A stretch of 64,000 nucleotides of DNA, taken from the NCBI RefSeq assembly GCF_009914755.1, contig NC_060926.1; one strand, 5' to 3'. The translations under genes were made by a program, and so were the position numbers. A model generated the notes under the pieces. The model was not told the DNA's origin. It saw only the letters and a program-made list of their open reading frames with translations, and did not search any database. Below, piece by piece: positions 12,647 to 23,748 of the stretch (its first letter is position 1; the number at the start of each line of letters is the position of its first letter). Origin of the DNA: the human T2T-CHM13v2.0 reference genome, Homo sapiens.

Positions 12647-15600
12647 TTACACAGAGCTAATCCAGATCTATTAATGATGTCCATAACAGCAATTATAAAC
12701 ATCATAATTGAGACTACTAGTTACTAAAGTTGTTAAAAATGGTTGCTATTACTTCTTAAAAAGAGAGAAAATCCATGTGACACTGATGCTCTTTTCACTG
12801 TGCCAACTTCCCACTGGTAGCAATCCTGGAGGTACATACATACTCAATAGACACACGGACAAGCTAGATAGAGTGCACTGAATGCCATAAGATAAATATG
12901 GATTATATTCTTGGAGTATCAATTTTAGCTGGTGACATGCAATACTTTTTTCCACTTGAAAAAGTAAAATATGGAATAGAATGCAAAAGTCATATCGATT
13001 TATGATAAAATGGAGATTTCCAAAAAATTAGAGAAATCGGTGTGACCTTTATCAGTTAAAGACAAGCATTTATTACTGTCTACTATTAGGCATACTTTAA
13101 TGGAAATGTGGAGTCTCTCAATTCAGCATGAATTGTATAGAACTAATACAAATTCTGTGGTTATGGTACAAGTTAACTCTGAAAGAGCCAGAGCTTCCAA
13201 GGTCCCCTCAACCACCAACTAATATTTATAATGGCATATAAAGCCAGTCACAATCTAGCCCCACACAAGCGCTTGTCTCACATCTCACAATTCACAGTGG
13301 ATTTCTCATGTTCCAGCCTCACTGTATGACACACCTGTGTGGAGAAGACAGCGTAGCCCCTTTGAAGTTACTGCTTGGATGATTAATGACGATGAAGCAA
13401 CAACAAAGCCAAGACGGGCATGTACACTAGGTTAAAATGGCTAATACCCTCTTTGTACCCCCACCCCCAGGTCTTGTTTAGTCACAATACTGTACCTTTG
13501 TATATGCCATACCTACTGTCTAGAATGCCTAGTTCCTCCTCCTTCACAAGAAGTCTGTATAAAGCCTGTTTTTTTTTTATCGTTCCCACAACTACTTCAG
13601 ACATGGTAGTACTTCTTGTTTTTGAGCTTCCATATAACTTATTATAGCATTTGTTGCACTGTGTAGCAATTATTTGTTTAAAGTTGATCTCTCTCACTCA
13701 AGTATAAGCCTCTTCTAGAGGGCAGAGGAACTAACTTATTCACCTGTTTCTTCATGGACCTATTCAATTTCCCCCCTGGACACCTGGAGAAAGTTTTTAA
13801 TGAGTTTATCTTTCTCTTTGACTCTTGAGCCTGTATCAGTCCAACTTTCCTCTCCCACTGGTCTCCATAGTCTAAGTATTGTTCTTACTTCTGACTACAG
13901 TAGTGATATGACTGTAATAGATACATGCGGTATGCCATGGCATATAAAAATTATTTGAGCATTTATAAATTTGCTGAATGATTAATTCTTCAAATGACAC
14001 AAACTAAAATTAAGGTAACATTTTGAACTGGTTATTAAACGAATTCAATAGGCAATTTCTTCTTCACTTTTAATATTTTACTCTGTGGGCAAACATAATT
14101 GCTATCTTCCATTTTCAGTCAAGAGTATTTATAAACCTGTAATCCAAAAGTGGAATTAAATACATTTATTAAGAATATTTAATTACATTTAGAAATTTAA
14201 AAATTATCTAAAGGCTTTTTTGAAAAGTTAACATTTGACTGATGACTGAACAACAAATAGGAACCATGTGAATATTTGGTGGAAAAACAGCAATAGTACA
14301 GACCGTTCATTCAGGAATAATAACAAGACAAAAATGATCAGAATATAGTGCATAAGGGACAAATTGTATGAAGTAAAACTGGAGTGAGAGGCAGAGGTCA
14401 GTGGGAAAATGCCATGGTGAGGAGTCTGAATTTTATCGTAATTGCAATGAGAGGCCCCTGGATAGTGTCAGGATACGATCTGGTTTACTTTTTGAAAAGA
14501 TCACTTTGGCTGCTCTGTAGAGAATGCATAGGGAGTGCTGAGGAAAGCAATAATGAGAACAGAGAAACCAGGCTCGCTCTTTCAGCTATTAGGATTTAAG
14601 TCATTACTTTATGTACATATGCACTTATTGGCTTTATTTTGGTTTAATATTTTAACACAGTTGCCCTGCCATTTCTTTTCAAAGTATTTATGCTTAATAT
14701 GTCCAGCCCTATTAATAACTTGTATTGCTCCAATATAGGTGGGTTAATTTTCCTTCAGCTCTTCTCCCTTTATCTGCTACCTGTTTTTAGACTTAAAAGT
14801 AATTCAGATTTGCCCATGAGTATTCTGTATTCTACTTCTGTTTATTTTGCTTAGGACAAAGGTAGGTAGGAGAGGGAGAGCTATACCAGGTTTCTGGTAT
14901 CTCTCAGTTTTATTGGAAGAACTGTAGCGGACTCACTCTATTTAGTCAAGAGTATATCCTTTTCCTCTTGAGAGGTGCTCTTGGGCTTTGATGGATTCTT
15001 AGAATATCTCATTTTCATCAGCTGTATTTATCCTGTGGCTACCACCCTCCACTCAACCCAGATCTCCTTCACCTCTCTGCAGCAGCTTCCCCCACTCTCC
15101 CCAGGCCCTAGTGGGCAAATATGAAAAACCAGCGGGAGGGTTCATGTCTCTGAGGCCTTTGGGGTGCCTCTTTCACCTGGGCATTCCCCCTCTCAGATGA
15201 TCTCATTCTTACTATTTTACTGGATCTTCTCTTCTAATGAAGCCTAGTATGCCTAAAGATAACGTTCTGGGTTATTTTAGTTAGCTTTCCTCCCTGCCAA
15301 GAAAAACCAGAATGGCAAGCCCTGGTTCTTTTTATTCCTTCTGATTAAAAAAAAAAACAAAACAAAACCCATGATTGGTAGGGAAGAACTTGTCTCCTGA
15401 GGGATTTTCTAGGTCTTTTCCCTGAGCTACTAATTGCTCCCTCCATTTCCATCTCTCCAGATTGAGAGAATTAGGTTCAGTGTTCAGGCTTTTAATTAGT
15501 CCCCTTCCTTACTCTTCCCTTCACTGTACTGTTTCCATAAGCGAATAGAGAGCAGCCATGCCAATTCCTGGAATACGTTACCTCTCTCTTTCCCTGACTG

Positions 15601-15889
15601 TCATTTTTCAGAGATTATGGTTACAATTCCACGCACAGATGTATAGATTCAATTATTATGTTAGGTATAGAGGGTGTCAATAGGCCTGGGTAATCAAAAG
15701 GTTAGGGAAAAAAAGACAGCAGGAAAAGTGTTGGAGTAAAACTTCCATAACCTTTAGGAAACGTCACAGAAAGTGATTGTTGTAATATATGTTACATGCT
15801 ATGTTAAGTCTATGCTAAGAGGTACTCTATGTCAGTAGTTCGCAACCTGGGATGCATCTTGCTAGGCCCATTCTACACATACGTAGTAT

Positions 15890-16110
15890 CAATGGTTAAG
15901 TACTATGTGGTGCCAGGCACTGTTCCAAGAACTTTACATACACAGAGACACATATCCATTTACTCATCTCTTCAGCCCTACAAAACAGAATTCAGTATTA
16001 TCTTCATTTTATAGATGAAATGAATCACAGAGAAGTTAAATAACATGCCCAAGGTCATATAGCTGGAAAGTAATGAAACCAGAATTCAAATTCAGATAAT
16101 CTGGCTACTT
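15890..16110 (-). mobile_element. MIR
   Basis: gtgccaggcactgt...cattttatagatga...agaagttaaataacatgcccaaggtca. Confidence 0.75.
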
Positions 16111-16983
16111 TGCACAGGTTTCAAAACAATACACCTATTTTCTCTACACATCAAAAACCTATATTGCTAATTTAAGCTAGAGCTGAAACCAAAATACTGA
16201 AATACAGCCTCCCAGCTTCTAGATCAAACAGTGTCATTTTCATTAATTCTCACTTATTAAATGCTTATCTCACTCGAAAATCCCATACCTAGGAGGTAGG
16301 TATCATCTCAATTTTAAAAAAATGGCTTGAAAATGTCAAGCAAATTGGTGGCAGAACCAGCAGGGGAATCTGTGTCTTTCAACCTCCAAAGCCCCAGTTA
16401 TAATGACTCTATTCAACTGTTTCAATACAGAATGTTATTCCTTTGTAACATATATCTATTTCAACCTTTAAGTGATTTCTATTAACCTCCAAATAAGCTC
16501 ATTCTGATTGTACTGCAATAATTTTCTTATTCTGAATTATTTGTTAAAAGTTATTTTAAGAAAAGTACTTAGCCTAATTTTACATAGAGAATGCTAAAGA
16601 ATAATTCTTAGGGCAGAAATCCATGGTCGGAATGATTTGTGTTTGAATTAGGACATACAGGATTTGTCTAGGCATGCTGTAATACTAGTTTTGTGAAACT
16701 CTGGTGTGATAAATAGCTACTTTTATCTAAACCAATGTTATTTACTACACTAAAAAAAGACAATTAAAATCTTAGCCAGGAAAACTAACACATACATTGG
16801 AACTCTTCCTACATTCTTTTATGTTCTAACACTCAGTTGCTATCTCTAAACTTTTGGTTTGCATATGAAAACCAGTAAATCACAACAAACCTATATTCTG
16901 AAAAATTTATATTTAGAAGAGCCAATGCTTTAGGAAAAAGCATTACTTTATAAGGTAATATTTTTCTAGAAACATACACTTAC

Positions 16984-17049
16984 TTCTGCTTTTTTACGAG
17001 CTTCCATAGCTTTCATAAGCATCATGTGTTGTCGCCTTCGCTCTCGTTC
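16984..17049 (-). CDS. BAZ2B: BAZ2B exon W14 (66 nt, phase 0-0), ERERRRQHMMLMKAMEARKKAE
   Basis: Translated by hand; acceptor cctaatag|GAA, donor GAA|gtaagt. Confidence 0.92.
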
Positions 17050-18282
17050 CTATTAGGCCAGATAAAATGTGGAAAATAACTCAGCCACAATTAACAGTTT
17101 GATTTTCCAATGAAAAAACAAAAACAAAAACAAAACAAAAACTCAGTATAGCATGTTTAGCATTTATAGACAAGTCACAGTAAATACTAAATATAAGACA
17201 AGAATGGCCAGTCTGTGCATGTTTTAGTTCAGGTTTAGAAAGCAAATACAACAATCAAAAGCAAAAAGGTAAAGCAATGAACATGGAGACAGTGTAAACA
17301 GAAGCATACAAGATTTACTTATGGTCAGTTGTGATGCTCCTTCAAAAGCTGGCAGAACAAAAAGCATAATGGTTGGCTGGAACAGGTCAGTTACCTTACA
17401 TCTGCTATTAGAAAAACCACAAATACTATGGCCAATTAAACTAACGGTTGTGTTGTTCTTAAAATTTTAGATCAGGAAGAAATTGATTTATAGTCACTTT
17501 AACTTCATGATTTTAGAGTAGGTTATTTTCAGTACAAAATCATTTTGCAAATCCAATAAGCCACCAATAAATTAGAGTTTTTTTAAGGCTTTTATACCAA
17601 TTTAGTTAAACTAGTCTTGTTTCACATACACCACCAATGAAATGGGATATTCCTATTTACTGATGTCTGCCACCTGATACTCTATTTAAAGCCACAAAAG
17701 CTGCACCATGGGCTCACAGGTGGAATCTTAAAGGCACAGTATGAAAATAAGGTAAGCACTAGTTTAATTTGACATTCTCACTTTACTTTTAAAATAAAAA
17801 AATCACTTATTTATAATATCTCATCGATTTTTTTGTTTAAGCATATTTGGTTTCTCCAAAGGGATATTTCTAAAATTATTTCTAAAATTTGTCTATGAAA
17901 CCAGAATATATTTCATATTCTCTCATCAAACAAACTCAAAATTCCCACTGTATTCAATGGCAGTTTTGCATCTAGAATGATGGGAGAATACGGGTCATAA
18001 TTATATCTAATTGTATAGTGATCCAACTTTCTTTGTGACATCAGTAATGTAAATTTTTAGAGAGCAGCCTTATTTAAGGCTTGTACAATTCAATGTAAAA
18101 TCTTGGAGATGCATCATACTTCTTTATAGACAGACAAGCAGATGTATGCAATGCACTGTGCTGTAAAGCCATGCAGCAGTATGTAATATGACAGCAGCCA
18201 GTGCTACACTTTATGCATTGCTATGACAACCATATCACAACCAAATCACAATGCGGTGTTAGATGTACAAAAATAAACATAC

Positions 18283-18315
18283 CCATACCATATCTAGTCT
18301 ATGCCTCTCCAACTC
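18283..18315 (-). CDS. BAZ2B: Alternative BAZ2B microexon: 27 nt ELERHRLDM (18289-18315) or 33 nt ELERHRLDMVW (18283-18315)
   Basis: ctctttctaccag|GAG TTG GAG AGG CAT AGA CTA GAT ATG|GTATGG|gtatgt; phase 0, both donors keep frame; peptide fits the surrounding E/R/K helix. Confidence 0.8.
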
Positions 18316-18559
18316 CTGGTAGAAAGAGTTGGCACAACATTATGAAACAGAAATCACAGAGTCATAAAACCAATTTTTTAACCCCCCAAAAAGACACCAA
18401 TACCAAAGCAAGGCAATAAACTGTAGGTTGAAGGAAAAACTTAAGCAGAAATTATATCAGAAATTTTAAAGAAAATATTTTGAAGATTTTCCCCCAAATA
18501 GGTTTAAGCAATATTATAAAATGTACATTCAACAATTGTATAACTATACATATACAGAC

Positions 18560-18604
18560 CTGATGTTTCAGAAGAACAGCTTGTTGTCTTCTCATTTCTT
18601 TTTC
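18560..18604 (-). CDS. BAZ2B: BAZ2B exon W13 (45 nt, phase 0-0), EKEMRRQQAVLLKHQ
   Basis: Translated by hand; acceptor tttttaag|GAA, donor CAG|gtctgt. Confidence 0.92.
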
Positions 18605-19699
18605 CTTAAAAATAAGAAACTTTTAATACGTGATTTTTAGAGAAGATTTAGAACATGCTAAAAGTATTAAAAGTTCCTTTTCTGAGATTCTATAGTTTTT
18701 CATTAGGTTGAACCATATGAAATGGCCAATATTCAATTATTTTTTATTTATAAAATGTCAATTCGATTTTGTATGCTTCTACCTAACAAATACTTACATA
18801 GAGATCATATAATATGGTAAATATGGTAGCAAGGATCTTTCTTCAGTAGTCATTTTAACTTAAAATTTAACGAATGACTGACCTAACTGCACACTTCAAT
18901 GGCACATTCATTGAACCAACTAGCTAGATGGTCAGAGCCTATCAGATATAACCCACACATGTATTTTTAAATCAGTTTAATACATTATGGTGCAACCCTC
19001 AAATCTAGCTGATTAGAACTCTCTCCATTCTGAATATAAACTCTCAAATATACTCTATAATTAACATCATTTTTTTTCATTTCTATACACTACGTATGAA
19101 TTAAAGTGACAAAAACTAGGCAATCAGTGTGAAATTTTCATGTCCACCTATAATTCAGGGCACCATTCCAAGGGGATGGGGCTTAAGGCAAACCATTCTA
19201 GGAATGTCACTGATCTCAGTATTTCTATGAAGTTACAATATGGATGAAATTAATATTAACGGCAGACATGAAAAGGTAGAAATTTAAAAAATAAAGTAAG
19301 ACAGTCTATGTAGAAAAAATAAACAGTTCCCTGGCTTTACAAAGTATAACTGTGGTGGCTGTTTCCAGTACCAGTAGGCTCACCCAGCTACCCCCTTTCA
19401 GTATTCAGTTACTGGTGGACGGCAGGGTGGGGGAGGGGAGGAAGGGGACAACTCTCCTATACCCCATGCCAGGAAATCAGAACAAAACACCCCCAAATAC
19501 ATGAAGTTAAAATAATTAAAAGCAGCTAATTTTATTATTGGTAAATAACAGTTGATGAAGTTTGGCTTTTGTTTCTGTAGGCTTTTCATTTTTAATAGAT
19601 AAAACAGTTGCTGAATATTAACAAAGAAAAAGTTATAAAGGGGAGAATCAGATTGAGACTCAAATATAAACATACCTATACCATATCTAGTTTATGCCT

Positions 19700-19726
19700 A
19701 AACATAAACATAAACATAAACATAAA
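19700..19726. repeat. (AAACAT)4 hexamer repeat abutting the microexon duplicate
   Basis: aaacataaacataaacataaacataaa. Confidence 0.9.
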
Positions 19727-20042
19727 TAACACACAAAACAGTTTTGGGGGGGGTCATTCTTATCTAGCAAAACTACATACAGGTATTAAGCAACAATTTG
19801 CATTTCTGATTTGATGTCTCCTAAACAGCTCAAAGCATTACAAAAAACCCTGCATAATAAAATAAAAATACACATACAATATACATACAAATAAAAACAT
19901 ACACTATACACATGTAGTATCTGCTAAACATATTTTCAGATAGTCATTTTGAAGAAAGCTATTTTTTCATATAACTGATGCCAGTATAACATATAGTTTT
20001 TATTTTTCAAAAATAAAAACTCTGATTCTCATCTAAACTAAC

Positions 20043-20108
20043 CTTTATTCGTTTCTCGGCCTCCAATAATTTGGCATTTGCCGCTTCTTCCTTCTTTTTC
20101 TTTTTAGC
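20043..20108 (-). CDS. BAZ2B: BAZ2B exon W12 (66 nt, phase 0-0), AKKKKKEEAANAKLLEAEKRIK
   Basis: Translated by hand; acceptor gcatgcacag|GCT, donor AAG|gttagt. Confidence 0.92.
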
Positions 20109-21814
20109 CTGTGCATGCAAAACAGGTCTCAAAGTCATGCAACAGCACCACTACAACTTGCAAATAATGTCAGACTTGAAATGAAGCTACATGTCTCACA
20201 AGGTACGAAACAGTATGTAACACATATGTAGACAATTACAGATTTCCCCCCAGTTAACATTATGTTTAACGTAATAATTTTGTTTCTAATTTATAGAATA
20301 GCATTAGAATACACAAAAATTTCTTAGAGTCATAAGAATATGACAGCTTTTCTTCTTCAAGCTTTGTTAAAAGTCTGAAATAATTGAGTGTTTATGTTCT
20401 TTTACCTTAAAATTTAATCACAGAAAAGTGATTTTATGTCACATTGTTTTTCTGATTTTAAAAGTAAAACATAATCACTGTAAAACATTTAGAAAACAGA
20501 ATAGATTTTAATTAATAAATAAAAATTATTTCAAGAATTAGTAATATTTGAGAATGAACCTGTTTATTTAAAATTTATTTTTAATACTTGAAAATTTGAG
20601 ATAAAGAAATTCATTATTGGTTTATGTCTATTAAGTGAAGCATATTAAGTCTGATTTTCCCCATCTCTGTATAGTGTGGTTAAGTTCAAGTGTTTTTTTT
20701 TTAATAGAATGAAAACTTGTAATCTCATCTTTCATGAGGCACAATCTATTGAGACCATGCTATTTATCAAACATAAGCTTCATAATCTTAAAATCATTAA
20801 CTGTGTAGAAGTTTCATAACTAGTAGTTACTGTCAGTTTACTTTAAAATAAAAACATTTTCAATTTCCGGTTTTTAAAATTAATTTGAAATGGGTAAGAA
20901 AAAATGTGTGTGTTTCTAGAAGGAATAAAACTGTAACAGAGAAAACCTCAGCTATCCGGAGCCCTCAGGGAATAAACTGTTCTATAAAGCAGCAGTTTCC
21001 GGAATGGTGGAGAAGTTGTAATAAATTTAAACATGAAAAGTTTATTTTCACTCTTTTAGATGGAAATAATTTTGAGACATGCCTGCTTAGACACAGTACA
21101 CTAAACGTAATTTGGCGTTTTCTTGATGACTCAGGGCAACTATTTTCAACATCAGTTATACTGCACAGCTCCAAAGAGTAATGCCTTTGGGCTATTAAGG
21201 TTTTGAAAATTGCTTGCTATTCAAATAAAAGATTACAGGCTGTTGCTAGGCTTTTCAGTTCCTATATATGCTAGCTGAAGTTTTCCTGTATTTTTTCTTT
21301 GCTGTCTTTTGCCTATTACTTTTGCTGTTGCCAACAGATGTCCTCTATCTCTATTCTAATTAGCCTTGCAGGGAAGAGGGATATGCTAGAAACCAGAAAA
21401 ACAATCTGATAAAACTTTGCACATTTAAAATTTACTTTTACTTTTGAAATCTTACTTCTGTAAACATTTGTTTCTAAACTAAAAGTAAATATCAGACTAT
21501 AAGCCCTAATGATTTTTCTTTTGTTGTTTACTTTTATAAAAGTAAAACATTTTAGCGCATGAACTTTATGACAACTCCACTGACTGCTCAGAAGTTTTCC
21601 TGTTTCTTTTGCCTCATTTTGTATATCTTTACTGTTGGGATTAGATTAGCTTGCTAAATAAGGCTCAGATAAAGTTTTATTCTATGCAGAATGTTTAAAG
21701 AGAATATCTGACAAACAATTTGTGTGAGAAAACATGCACGCAAAATATTTATTTTTGCAGACTTAAAAATATATGGCTAAATTACTTTAATTATATTAAA
21801 TTTAAGACTTCTAC

Positions 21815-21880
21815 CTCTAGAATTTGCTGAGCTCGAAGTTCTTTTTCCATTCTGATTTGCTGTATTCTCTTAATTTTTTC
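21815..21880 (-). CDS. BAZ2B: BAZ2B exon W11 (66 nt, phase 0-0), EKIKRIQQIRMEKELRAQQILE
   Basis: Translated by hand; acceptor tcctacag|GAA, donor GAG|gtagaa. Confidence 0.92.
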
Positions 21881-21974
21881 CTGTAGGAAAAGTTATGATA
21901 ACTTGAGATAATAAAATAAACTATCTGAGTAAAGAGTATTTGAGTGGAATCAAATAATTAAAAATATAAGTACA

Positions 21975-22275
<301 letters not shown>

Positions 22276-23381
22276 GTACAAAATTACCAAAGGATGGACA
22301 TAAAAATTTCATTATTTAGCGTAAAACCATATATATTTTCATGTCTGAAATTAATATGATTTGATAAGGTTTCTCACAGTAATTTGTAAAATGCAAATGC
22401 TAAATAAACAGAAACTCAGTGAACCAAGCTGATTAAACTATATAGCCTGAAGATCTTTATAGATATTTGCAGTTACAAATAATACTTAACTTGAAATAAT
22501 ATAGGACTGAATAGCAGAAAAATCATGTATCAGCAGTCAGAAAACATACAGCCAATTCTGGATTACAGTCATTTATTGAATGGTCTTGAGCAAATAATAA
22601 CTATTCTTCTATAAAATAGTGAGAGGTGTTTGCCCTTTCTCATTTGTCACAATTAAATAAAATGCTTTAAAAAGTATATAGTGACACAATTGTAACATTA
22701 TTATTAACAATAATTTCCATTCTAAAATTTATTTCATATGTTGAATAGCATAATATAACATTGCTTTTAATTACAATTAGCCCATTTCAGAAATAACCTG
22801 TAACATTATTTTAAAATTAATTAATTATAATTTAACATTCCAGGGAATTATCTGTAGGACATAATTGGGGTACACGTTGTCTAAATTTAATGAACTGGTT
22901 ATTGGATATGTTTTATAACTTAGTGATCATATAAATTTTGATAAAAATTTATATTTTAACTTAAAAAATTATCTCATATTCTATAAACACATTCTTAGCA
23001 ATTTCATGTTCCTTAATCCGTTCAAAAGTCCCAAATTGGCACTGATGAGAATAAATACAAGTTAAAAAAGAAAATTCAAAGTTTCCTACTTGAAAATTGT
23101 ACTTATCCTAGAATTTCCAGTGCCAACACCTGTATTTCACAATGCCTGCTCCCATCTCCAGATGCTAGTTGTACCTATTGAAGCTATACATTAATATGCA
23201 TTTTAATTTTTTTAATGTACACTGATGTTATTGATTCCCTGCAGGATTCTACTGCAGGATGATGAAATTTTAGGAATTACTGTTTTGATTTTACAAGACT
23301 GATCACATTCTTTGATTTTGGTGATCTTATCATGGTACTGAATATTAATTGTAGGCTGTCAAAAATAAAAACCCCAAAGTG

Positions 23382-23748
<367 letters not shown>

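Noticed and set aside
13330-13420. TCF/LEF-like cctttgaag and TAAT motifs in non-repetitive sequence
   Set aside because: Motifs too short to support an enhancer call from sequence alone
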